From: Geotalea uraniireducens Rf4
GTDB taxonomy: Bacteria; Desulfobacterota; Desulfuromonadia; Geobacterales; Geobacteraceae
Direction of reading: 5' to 3'
Assembly (NCBI RefSeq): GCF_000016745.1
Contig: NC_009483.1
Span: forward strand, 1,050,001 to 1,082,000
DNA length: 32,000 bases
Translations under genes and position numbers: made by a program
The notes under the pieces: generated by a model
The model's database searches: none
What the model saw: the letters and a program-made list of their open reading frames with translations, nothing else
What the model was told of the DNA's origin: nothing
Part shown: one piece after another, positions 24,607 to 32,000 of the stretch
Layout of the letters: every line of letters starts with the position of its first letter
Numbering within the stretch: the stretch's first letter is position 1

Positions 24607-24852
24607 TTATTTTTCCAAAGCTTTTTCCAGCGCTCTGGCCAGCTGATCGGGACATGACGTATCTCCCTGACAAGCAATTCCCTTGAGCCGTCTGATTGCC
24701 TCTCCTACAGCCATTCCCTTTGCCAGCGCCCCGACAGCCTGGGTGTTGCCGGCACAACCGTCTACAAATTCGGCTGCCTGAATCACGCCGTTTTCTATTT
24801 CTATGTTGATCCGTGAGGCACAGGTTCCCAATGTATCATAGCTTATGCGCAT
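24607..24852 (-). CDS. TSCPD-domain small protein (4-Cys family)
   Basis: 81 aa: GTCASRINIEIENGVI..FVDGCAGNTQAVGALAKGM...GIACQGDTSCPDQLA. This matches the TSCPD motif family as I recall it. Confidence 0.8.
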   Translation of the reverse strand: MRISYDTLGTCASRINIEIENGVIQAAEFVDGCAGNTQAVGALAKGMAVGEAIRRLKGIACQGDTSCPDQLARALEKALEK

Positions 24853-25119
24853 CTGCGTCTCCTTCTTTATGGTATCCTTTCAGGGTGTATAACCTCCGTA
24901 GCGGGAAATGTCAATGCAGAGAAACGATTATTGTGGCATTTTAAATGGCTGGAGACGATGAATTCTGGTAAAAATGGACTATACTTAATCATCGTTCAAT
25001 TGCTGCATCGCGCCTTTGTCGGGCATTGCTAGTTACGATTACAGGCGAGGTCGTGTCTGTAAAGAACAGACGGGCGGGAGTGGTAACTTAAGTCTTCGCT
25101 TCCCGGAAGGTGGCATATC

Positions 25120-25542
25120 ATGTTCGGCTGGTTGAGAAAAAAGGACAAAGAACCGTTGGTTTTTGCGAGCAACGTTGCAGCCTTCGACTATGCCTGCCGT
25201 CAACTGCCGAACGCAATCCTGCTGGAAGCCGACATTCCTGCCCTGGTTGAGGAAGAGGGTGAGGTCGGCCAGGAGGGGGAACACTATTTCCGGCTCCGAC
25301 TGGCCGACAAGAGCGGAGGCAGGGAGATTTGGGGCTGCACCCTGAAAGAATCGACCGATTATCCCGAGGTCGGCGACTTTGTCGGTTTCAGGATTGTAAA
25401 AATAGCCTCGGACATGCCGGAAGGGATGAACATTATCGGTTTTATTTCCGTGAAACTGGCACCGGTACTGGTTGAAAAAAAGGGATGGAAGATAGATCGC
25501 TCCTTTACGCCGAAAAACATAAAACCCGTGGTGCGATTCTGA
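25120..25542 (+). CDS. Hypothetical protein
   Basis: 140-aa ORF with SD AAGGTGG upstream and ordinary codon usage. I recognise no motif. Confidence 0.6.
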   Translation: MFGWLRKKDKEPLVFASNVAAFDYACRQLPNAILLEADIPALVEEEGEVGQEGEHYFRLRLADKSGGREIWGCTLKESTDYPEVGDFVGFRIVKIASDMPEGMNIIGFISVKLAPVLVEKKGWKIDRSFTPKNIKPVVRF

Positions 25543-25569
25543 AAATTACGATCGGGAAATTTGCCGGCA

Positions 25570-25965
25570 TCATTCCGCGGCCTTCAGTGCAGAAGCCAGT
25601 TCTGCTTCGAGGTAGACTGACCTCTTTTCAACTGCGCCGCTGAAACCGAAGTCCTTATAATGTATCATTGCCGGATCGCTGGAATCGCCGCTTGTCACAA
25701 AACCTTTGGCGTGGGGGTCAATCGCCAGCAATCGCTTAATGGTTTCCTTACCTCCCATCCCACCCGGGATGTTCAAGTCCAGGAAGACTGCCATAAAAGG
25801 CTCTCCGGCCTCATACGCTTTTCTGTACGCCTCAATCGCCCCTGCTCCGTCAGCGGAGCACTCCACGTCATAACCGATTTTCAGGAGTGTCTGTTTGGCG
25901 ATGAATCTGATCATTTCGTCGTCATCCATGACAAGAATTTTCCCGATTATTTGCCCCTTTTTCAT
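25570..25965 (-). CDS. Stand-alone response-regulator receiver protein
   Basis: ILVMDDDEMIR (acidic pocket), FLDLNIPGGMGG (phospho-Asp context), and SGDSS...K. The start is taken at MKKGQIIGK (ATG 25963-25965). The track start at 26031 is the alternative. Confidence 0.8.
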   Translation of the reverse strand: MKKGQIIGKILVMDDDEMIRFIAKQTLLKIGYDVECSADGAGAIEAYRKAYEAGEPFMAVFLDLNIPGGMGGKETIKRLLAIDPHAKGFVTSGDSSDPAMIHYKDFGFSGAVEKRSVYLEAELASALKAAE

Positions 25966-26178
25966 ACCCTGTCCCTTGACATCGCCGATCTCGTTGCCGT
26001 TAAATTGAGGCAGCAGCGCAACATGAAACATTTTTTGTTTTTTTATAATACAGCATATCGTTATAATTGGCGATATTAAATCCGGCTCTCCTTAGCCGAA
26101 GAAGGAAAGAGGCTGCGGCTTTCACCGCTGTTGACGGGCGTTTGCCGGCGGCAAGTATAGAATGGAAGGAAGATCGCA

Positions 26179-26661
26179 ATGGCAAAGGAAAAAACACCCG
26201 TCACCCCGGCGGTGCGCATGCTCCGCGCAGAAAATGTCCCATTTACCAGCCATCCTTACGCCTATGAAGACAAAGGCGGAACCAGCGTCTCTGCCCGCGA
26301 GTTGGAGGTGGACGAGCATTGTGTGATCAAGACGCTGATCATGGAGGATGATGGCAGGAATCCCCTGATTGTGCTGATGCATGGGGACCGCCAGGTTTCC
26401 ACCAGGGAGCTTGCCAGGTTTATGGGGGTGAAGAGTATCGTTCCCTGCGCGCCGGAAGTCGCCCAGAAGCATTCCGGCTACCAGGTAGGGGGAACTTCTC
26501 CGTTCGGCATGCGGCGCATCATGCCCGTCTACATGGAAGAAACGATTCTCGCATTGCCACGCATATACATCAACGGCGGTAAACGGGGATTCCTTGTTGC
26601 CATCGATCCGCATGAGGCCATGCGCCTGCTCAAGGCGACACTGGTGCGGGTGGCGGTTTAG
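26179..26661 (+). CDS. ybaK: Cys-tRNA(Pro)/Cys-tRNA(Cys) deacylase, YbaK/EbsC family
   Basis: 160 aa with TPAVRMLRAENVPF..., KTLIM and SGYQVGGTSPFG, characteristic of YbaK/EbsC. Confidence 0.85.
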   Translation: MAKEKTPVTPAVRMLRAENVPFTSHPYAYEDKGGTSVSARELEVDEHCVIKTLIMEDDGRNPLIVLMHGDRQVSTRELARFMGVKSIVPCAPEVAQKHSGYQVGGTSPFGMRRIMPVYMEETILALPRIYINGGKRGFLVAIDPHEAMRLLKATLVRVAV

Positions 26662-26666
26662 AGGCG

Positions 26667-26736
26667 GTCGGCGGTCGGCAGTCGGCAGTCGGCAGTCGGT
26701 GGTCGGTGGTCGGTGGTCGGTGGTCGATGGTCGATG
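26667..26736. repeat. Ten tandem GTCGNNN heptamers in the ybaK-sirtuin spacer
   Basis: The variants occur in blocks: GTCGGCG x1, GTCGGCA x3, GTCGGTG x4, GTCGATG x2. The array starts 6 nt after the ybaK stop and runs directly into the sirtuin SD (GTGAGGAG). Confidence 0.9.
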
Positions 26737-26749
26737 GTGAGGAGTGGAC

Positions 26750-27574
26750 ATGGAATTTGAGGAAACCTGCGGCAAGGCCGCTTATGCGGTGAGAAACGCC
26801 GGAGCACTTGTCATAACCGCCGGCGCCGGGATGGGGGTGGATTCCGGGCTCCCCGATTTTCGCGGCGAGAAGGGGTTCTGGCAGGCTTATCCCATGTATG
26901 AGCGGCTTGGCATCAGCTTTGTCGGGGCTGCCAATCCCGAACATTTCGAGCGTGATCCCGGTTTCGGCTGGGGCTTCTACGGACATCGCACCAATCTCTA
27001 CCGGGAAACCATCCCCCATGCCGGCTTCTCTTTGCTCCTTTCCTGGATCGAGCGCTTCCGCCTCGATCACTTCGTCGTTACTTCCAATGTGGACGGCCAG
27101 TTCCAGAAGGCCGGCTTCAGCGGGGAGCGGATGCTGGAGGTGCACGGTTCCATCCACCATCTCCAGTGCACCACCCCCTGCTCCATGCAGATCTGGGACA
27201 ATAACGAAGTCATCCCGGTAGATGCCTCTACTATGAGGGCACGCGCCATTCCCCGCTGTATCCGGTGCAAAGCGGTAGCCCGCCCAAATATCCTCATGTT
27301 CGGCGATTACGGCTGGATAAGCGCCCGCACGGACCGCCAGGAGGGATGCTTTGACAAATTCCTCGATTCAGTGCGCCAGGCGCCGCTCGTGGTGATTGAA
27401 GCGGGGGCCGGCACCACCATTCCCACCATCCGCAGTCTGAGCGAACGGCTCGGCAGGCAACCGCTTGCCACCGTAATCCGCATCAATCCCCGCGAACCGC
27501 ATATCACTTCGCCGCACCTTTCCCTCGCCTGCGGGGCGCTGGAAGGGCTATCCGGCATCGACCGTTGTCTGTGA
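26750..27574 (+). CDS. SIR2-family NAD-dependent protein deacylase (sirtuin)
   Basis: GAGMGVDSGLPDFRG, TSNVDGQ, the catalytic EVHGS, and the Zn ribbon CTTPC...CIRC. I prefer ATG 26750 (GAGGAG 5 nt upstream) over GTG 26744. Confidence 0.88.
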   Translation: MEFEETCGKAAYAVRNAGALVITAGAGMGVDSGLPDFRGEKGFWQAYPMYERLGISFVGAANPEHFERDPGFGWGFYGHRTNLYRETIPHAGFSLLLSWIERFRLDHFVVTSNVDGQFQKAGFSGERMLEVHGSIHHLQCTTPCSMQIWDNNEVIPVDASTMRARAIPRCIRCKAVARPNILMFGDYGWISARTDRQEGCFDKFLDSVRQAPLVVIEAGAGTTIPTIRSLSERLGRQPLATVIRINPREPHITSPHLSLACGALEGLSGIDRCL

Positions 27575-27590
27575 CGCAGTTAAAAATCCC

Positions 27591-27618
27591 TTGCCTTTTC
27601 CTCCCTCTGTGTTAAAAT
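27591..27618 (+). promoter_or_regulatory. Candidate extended -10 promoter upstream of dusB
   Basis: TTGCCT (27591-27596), 16-nt spacer, TGT-TAAAAT (-10 at 27613-27618). Confidence 0.4.
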
Positions 27619-27637
27619 GCCCAAAAAATAGGCAAGG

Positions 27638-27661
27638 GGGGCTAATTTTTAGCCCCTTTTT
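27638..27661 (+). terminator. Terminator-like hairpin between the sirtuin gene and dusB
   Basis: GGGGCTA (27638-27644) pairs with TAGCCCC (27650-27656) across a 5-nt loop, followed by TTTTT (27657-27661). It ends 10 nt before the dusB ATG. Confidence 0.5.
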
Positions 27662-27671
27662 AAGTGGTGTT

Positions 27672-28652
27672 ATGCGTAAAACCCTCACTATAGGCTCTTT
27701 ACAGCTGGATAATAACCTGATTCTCGCTCCCATGGCCGGACTGACGAATTTGCCGATGCGCGTTCTCGCGAGGGAATGCGGAGCAGCTTTGACCTTTACC
27801 GAGATGGTGAGCGTTAACGGCCTTGTCCGGGAAGGGAAAAAGACCTTCGATCTGTTGCGCAGGGACCAAGAAGACCGGCCGTTGGGAATTCAGATCTTCG
27901 GCGACGATCCTGACCTGCTGGCCGAAGGGGCCCGGCTCGTAGAACCTTACGGCGAGCTGATCGACATCAACATGGGTTGTCCGGTACGCAAGGTGGTCGG
28001 GAGTGGAGCAGGAAGCGCGCTTCTGCGTGAGCCGGCCAAGGTGGCTTTGATTCTCAAGGCCGTGCGCAAGGCCACATCCCTCCCTTTGACCATCAAGATC
28101 CGTACCGGCTGGGTGGTCGAAGAGCAGAGCTTTCTCGAGATCGGTCGCATCGCCGAGGCTGAAGGTGTTGATGCCGTGACCCTCCATCCCCGCAGCCGCG
28201 CACAGATGTTCGAAGGTCATGCCGACTGGTCGAGGATAACCGAGCTGAAGGGAGCCCTTTCCATCCCGGTGATCGGCAGCGGCGACATTTTCAGCGCAGC
28301 CGATGTGACTGCCATGCTGGCACAAACCGGTTGCGACGGGGTGATGATTGCCCGAGGCGGGCTGGGTAACCCCTGGATATTCAGAGAGGCGCTTGCCCTG
28401 TTGCGGGGAGAGGAACCGATCCCGCCGGCTGTCGGCGAAAAGCTTGCAGCAGCCATGCGGCACCTGGATCTATTCATTGAAACCTTTGGTGAGCATACCG
28501 CTCTGCGGGAGATGCGCAAACACCTCTCCTGGTATGCCAAGGGGGTGCCGGGAGTGGCCCAGTTCCGCAACATGATTAACCGGATAGACGGCAAAGAGCC
28601 GCTCATCGCGATGGTGCGGGGTTTTTTTTCGGAGGTGGTTCGTGACCACTGA
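27672..28652 (+). CDS. dusB: tRNA-dihydrouridine synthase (DusB/NifR3 family)
   Basis: The start is taken at MRKTLTIGSLQL. Motifs LAPMAGLTNLPMR, INMGCPVRKV (catalytic Cys) and IKIRTGW are present. The gene overlaps the following ntrB-like gene by 11 nt. Confidence 0.9.
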   Translation: MRKTLTIGSLQLDNNLILAPMAGLTNLPMRVLARECGAALTFTEMVSVNGLVREGKKTFDLLRRDQEDRPLGIQIFGDDPDLLAEGARLVEPYGELIDINMGCPVRKVVGSGAGSALLREPAKVALILKAVRKATSLPLTIKIRTGWVVEEQSFLEIGRIAEAEGVDAVTLHPRSRAQMFEGHADWSRITELKGALSIPVIGSGDIFSAADVTAMLAQTGCDGVMIARGGLGNPWIFREALALLRGEEPIPPAVGEKLAAAMRHLDLFIETFGEHTALREMRKHLSWYAKGVPGVAQFRNMINRIDGKEPLIAMVRGFFSEVVRDH

Positions 28653-29730
28653 ACACTTGCAGGAATATTACGCCAACATCATCGACAGCGTCGGTGACGG
28701 TGTGATAGTCCTTGATATCCAGGGGGTTATAACGCTCCTGAATCCTGCGGCGGAGGAAATCGCCGGCATTTCCCGGCGCCAGGCCAAGGGCGCCCACTTT
28801 TCCGCCCTGTTCAAGGGTGAGGATATCCTGCTGGAAATGGTCAATAAAACTGCGGCAACCGGCATGACCATCTCCGACCATGAAAACATCGTCCTGAAGA
28901 TGACCGGCCGACTCATCCCGATCAGCGCCACCACGTCGCCGCTGCTCATGGCCAACGGCGAAAGGATCGGCACGATCCTGATCCTGCGCGATCTCACCAA
29001 TATCCGGGAACTGGAGGAGGCGGTCCGCCAGGCAGACCGTCTTTCCACGCTGGGGGCGCTGGCTGCGGGGCTGGCTCACGAGATCAAGAACCCGCTGGGG
29101 GGGATCAAGGGGGCGGCCCAGCTCCTGGAGATGGAGCTGCCGGACAACGCCGAACTGCGTGACTGTACCCGCGTCATGCTCAAGGAGGTGCAGCGGGTCA
29201 ACCGGATCGTCGAAGAGCTCCTGGAGCTGGCCTCGCCGCGGAAGCTGGATCTGACCAAGGTGAATCTGCACAAGATCCTCGGTGATATCATCCTCCTGCA
29301 AAAGCGGACGGTCGACGACCGGAGGGTGACCTTCCAGCAGCATTTCGACCCGAGCATCCCGCCGATACTGGCCGATGAGGCGCTCCTGACCCAGCTCTTC
29401 CTCAATCTGATCAAGAACGCCGTGGAAGCGGTAGGGGCTGTCGGGTTGATCAAGGTCAGTAGCCGGGTCCTGGCCGACTACAGCATGACCCAGAAGGGGG
29501 AGGGGCGTTCGCGCATGGTTGCCATCGAGGTGAGCGACGACGGTCCGGGCATCCTGAAGGAACAGCTGGAGCATCTCTTCACCCCGTTTTATACCACCAA
29601 GGCAAAAGGCACGGGGCTAGGTCTGGCCATTTGCCACAAGATCGTCGCTGAACATCGGGGGATGATCAGGGTCGATTCCGAACCCACAAAGGGAACGACA
29701 TTTACGGTGATGCTGCCGCTCATACAATAA
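28642..29730 (+). CDS. ntrB: PAS sensor histidine kinase, NtrB-like
   Basis: GTG start with GGAGGTGG upstream. The protein is soluble: a PAS domain, the H-box LAHEIKNPLGGIKGAAQLL (NtrB-type), and the ATPase N/G boxes (NLIKNA, DDGPGI, GTGLGL). It follows the nifR3-ntrB-ntrC gene order known from alphaproteobacteria. Confidence 0.75.
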   Translation: MTTEHLQEYYANIIDSVGDGVIVLDIQGVITLLNPAAEEIAGISRRQAKGAHFSALFKGEDILLEMVNKTAATGMTISDHENIVLKMTGRLIPISATTSPLLMANGERIGTILILRDLTNIRELEEAVRQADRLSTLGALAAGLAHEIKNPLGGIKGAAQLLEMELPDNAELRDCTRVMLKEVQRVNRIVEELLELASPRKLDLTKVNLHKILGDIILLQKRTVDDRRVTFQQHFDPSIPPILADEALLTQLFLNLIKNAVEAVGAVGLIKVSSRVLADYSMTQKGEGRSRMVAIEVSDDGPGILKEQLEHLFTPFYTTKAKGTGLGLAICHKIVAEHRGMIRVDSEPTKGTTFTVMLPLIQ

Positions 29731-29735
29731 AGAAA

Positions 29736-29823
29736 GTTCTACGTTCGAAGTTCTACGTTCTACGTTAAAACCCCGGAACTACGGAACATCGAACATCGAA
29801 CGTCGAACGTCGAACGTCGAACG
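29736..29823. repeat. Heptamer-period inverted array in the ntrB-ntrC spacer
   Basis: GTTCTAC / GTTCGAA / GTTCTAC / GTTCTAC / GTT (29736-29766), then AAAACCCC, then GGAACTA CGGAACA TCGAACA and TCGAACG x4 (29775-29823). CGTTCGA is the complement of TCGAACG. Confidence 0.88.
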
Positions 29824-29839
29824 TAAAACAGAGGTAAAC

Positions 29840-31282
29840 ATGTCCATCAATAACATTCTTGTCGCCGATGATGAAGAGAGCATGCGTTGGGTCCTTTCCA
29901 AGGCCCTGAAAAAAAAGGGTTTTAGTGTCGATCTTGCCCGGGACGGCGACGAGGCGCTCAGGTACATCAAGACAAACACTTATGATCTGGCGATCCTCGA
30001 CATCAAGATGCCCGGCTTGTCCGGCCTGGAGCTGTTGGATCGGGTGCGGGAGCTTAAGAGCGACCTCCTCGTGGTGATCATGACTGCCGAGGCGAGCATG
30101 AAGAACGCCGTGGAAGCCATGAAACGGGGGGCCTACGATTACCTGACCAAACCGTTCGACCTGGATGTGATCGACGCCATTATCGAAAAGGTAAACAGGG
30201 CGAGGGAGGTGACCTCCCAGGTGACCCTTCTCAAGGAAGAGCTGAAGGACCGCTACCAGCTGGAAAAGACCATTATCGGCAATTCTCCGGCCATGCGGGA
30301 GATCTACAAGACCATCGGCAAGGTGGCCCCCAGCGACGTCACTGTCCTTGTTCAGGGGGAGTCGGGTACCGGCAAGGAGCTGATCGCCCGGGCCATCCAC
30401 TTCAATTCGAAGCGGCTCGGAAAACCGTTCATCGCCCTTAACTGTGCGGCAATTCCCAAGGAGCTCCTGGAGAGCGAGCTGTTCGGTTTTGAAAAGGGGG
30501 CGTTCACCGGCGCTACGGAGCGAAAGCTCGGCAAGTTCGAGCAGGCCAACGGCGGCACCATTTTCCTCGACGAGATCGGTGACATGCCCATCGACCTCCA
30601 GGCGAAGATCCTCCGGGTCCTCCAGGAGAAAGAGGTGACGAGGACCGGCGGTAACCAGAGCATTAACGTTGATGTGCGCATTGTTGCTGCAACCAACCAG
30701 GACCTGGAAGAGAGTGTGCGGCGCAAGGCGTTCCGCGAAGATCTCTATTATCGGCTCAATGTAATCCCGTTGCAACTGGTCCCGCTTCGGGAGCGGAACG
30801 AAGATATTCCGCTTCTTGTGGAGTATTTCCTGGCGAAGATCTGTGCGGAGCTGGAGGTGCCGGTCAAGCGGTGCTCTTCCGACGCGCTCCGCCTCCTTAC
30901 CGGCTACACCTGGCCGGGCAATGTCAGAGAACTGGAGAATACTCTCAAGCGGGCGGTCATCCTCTCGTCGGACCCGCTCCTGACCATTGCCGACTTTCCC
31001 GGACTGCGCGTCCAGAAGGGTGGCGAACTGGTTCAGAGCGAGGAGCTCTCTCTGGAAGGGATTGTCGACATCAAGCTGCGCGGATCATTCACCAACATGG
31101 AGAAGATGGAGAGCGGCGACGTCTACACCATGGTGTTGGAACAGGTGGAGCGGCCGCTGATCCGCTTCGTCCTGGAGAAGACCAGGGGGAACCAGGTGCG
31201 GGCAGCCGACATCCTCGGCATTAACCGGAACACCCTGCGGAAGAAGATAACCGAGCTGGGGATAGAGGTGAAGAGGGATTAG
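29840..31282 (+). CDS. ntrC: Sigma54-dependent response regulator, NtrC-like
   Basis: Receiver ([18 protein letters not shown]). AAA+ sigma54-interaction domain ([29 protein letters not shown]). C-terminal Fis-type HTH ([21 protein letters not shown]). Confidence 0.85.
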   Translation: MSINNILVADDEESMRWVLSKALKKKGFSVDLARDGDEALRYIKTNTYDLAILDIKMPGLSGLELLDRVRELKSDLLVVIMTAEASMKNAVEAMKRGAYDYLTKPFDLDVIDAIIEKVNRAREVTSQVTLLKEELKDRYQLEKTIIGNSPAMREIYKTIGKVAPSDVTVLVQGESGTGKELIARAIHFNSKRLGKPFIALNCAAIPKELLESELFGFEKGAFTGATERKLGKFEQANGGTIFLDEIGDMPIDLQAKILRVLQEKEVTRTGGNQSINVDVRIVAATNQDLEESVRRKAFREDLYYRLNVIPLQLVPLRERNEDIPLLVEYFLAKICAELEVPVKRCSSDALRLLTGYTWPGNVRELENTLKRAVILSSDPLLTIADFPGLRVQKGGELVQSEELSLEGIVDIKLRGSFTNMEKMESGDVYTMVLEQVERPLIRFVLEKTRGNQVRAADILGINRNTLRKKITELGIEVKRD

Positions 31283-31285
31283 AAG

Positions 31286-31488
31286 CTGGGAACTGGGAAC
31301 TGGGAACTGGGAACTGGGAACTGGGAACTGGGAACTGGGAACTGGGAACTGGGAACTGGGAACTGGGAACTGGGAACTGGGAACTGGGAACTGGGAACTG
31401 GGAACTGGGAACTGGGAACTGGGAACTGGGAACTGGGAACTGGGAACTGGGAACTGGGAACTGGGAACTGGGAACTGGGAACTGGGAA
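31286..31488. repeat. 29 perfect tandem copies of CTGGGAA
   Basis: Counted unit by unit: 203 nt, with no substitution. The array starts 4 nt after the ntrC stop. It is followed at 31500-31527 by four C(T/C)G(A/T)TCC heptamers that are partly complementary to it. Confidence 0.95.
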
Positions 31489-31545
31489 ATTAGATTTTAC
31501 TGATCCCCGATCCCCGTTCCCTGATCCCAAATAAAGGGGGATACA

Positions 31546-32000
31546 ATGGGTGTGAAGGACAAGTTTTTTCTGGACAGGAACAACGCAGTACTGATGGTAA
31601 TCGATGTGCAGGAAAAACTGTGCAGGGCCATGGACGAGAAGGTACTGGCGAAGCTCACTGCCAACGTCTCCGTTCTCCAGGAAGCTGCGGTTGAGCTGGG
31701 AATTCCCGTCCTGGCCACCGAGCAGTATGTAAAGGGACTGGGTGAAACCCTGCCGGAGTTGAAGGGGAAGCTTTGCTCTCCGGCGCTGGAAAAAATGACC
31801 TTCAGCTGCTGCGGGGATGACAACTTTACCGCCGCTTTGAAGAAACTGGGGCGCAAGCAGATCATCATCACCGGTATGGAGACCCATGTCTGCATCTTGC
31901 AAACGGTTATCGAGCTGCTTGATGCGGATTATGTTGTTCATTTGGTGAACGATGCGGTGATGAGCCGTAAGAAGGAAAACTGGCAGGTAGGGGTGAATGC
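31546..32000 (+). CDS. Isochorismatase-family hydrolase (partial; runs off the window)
   Basis: My own translation gives MGVKDKFFLDRNNAVLMVIDVQEKL...IIITGMETHVCILQTV, with the Asp / Cys catalytic context of the family. SD AAGGGGG lies 5 nt upstream. No stop codon occurs before position 32000. Confidence 0.8.
   Translation, partial: MGVKDKFFLDRNNAVLMVIDVQEKLCRAMDEKVLAKLTANVSVLQEAAVELGIPVLATEQYVKGLGETLPELKGKLCSPALEKMTFSCCGDDNFTAALKKLGRKQIIITGMETHVCILQTVIELLDADYVVHLVNDAVMSRKKENWQVGVN

Noticed and set aside
26750-27574. SIR2-domain protein considered as a possible NAD-depleting anti-phage defence effector
   Set aside because: It has the full canonical sirtuin motif set (GAGxS-GxPDFRG, TxNVD, catalytic HG, Zn ribbon). 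It is of housekeeping size and has no partner gene (HerA, Argonaute, TIR, helicase). Its neighbours are core genes (ybaK, dusB).
31286-31488. Tandem arrays considered as CRISPR
   Set aside because: The units are 7 nt long and directly abutting, with no spacers. No cas genes are in the window.
31279-31941. 220-aa minus-strand ORF ending in (FPVPSSQ)n
   Set aside because: The repeat part is simply the reverse translation of the CTGGGAA array. The rest is antisense to a well-supported isochorismatase-family ORF that has a good SD. The same reasoning applies to the PPTTDHR-repeat ORF at 26122..26775, which lies over the GTCGGNN array.

Overview
GC-rich, gene-dense chromosomal window. Gene content (Ehr-type complex, UPF0182, long HflX, nifR3/dusB-ntrB-ntrC) suggests Geobacteraceae/Desulfuromonadales; this is inference, not a search result.

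Left third (143-9886, minus strand): a six-gene Ehr-type complex (group-4-hydrogenase / complex-I-like) preceded by an HTH-EIIA regulator gene. Its catalytic-type subunit has none of the four NiFe cysteine ligands. An apparently intact IS701-family IS (1042-2558, 17-bp perfect IRs, CTAA duplication) sits between the large- and small-subunit genes.

Middle: a MacB-type ABC operon, then a ~3.1-kb module bracketed by two copies of a 169-bp foldback MITE. The module holds a yybP-ykoY (Mn2+) riboswitch with its promoter and terminator/antiterminator. The riboswitch leads an RHH - TerC - His-rich zinc ribbon - Tim44-like gene string. Next come a UPF0182 gene and a ~0.6-kb non-coding patch with six back-to-back hairpins and a 117-bp compound palindrome. 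That patch abuts a decayed ADP-ribosylglycohydrolase gene.

Right third: hflX, fabI, GAF/HD-GYP, a TSCPD gene, an orphan receiver, ybaK, a sirtuin, dusB-ntrB-ntrC and a partial isochorismatase-family gene.

The most unusual non-genic signal is in four co-directional intergenic spacers, each filled with 7-nt-period tandem arrays. One is 29 perfect copies of CTGGGAA. Three of the four are followed by an array of roughly complementary heptamers.

No rRNA, tRNA or CRISPR array was seen by eye. All homology calls come from motif recognition in the supplied translations, not from searches.
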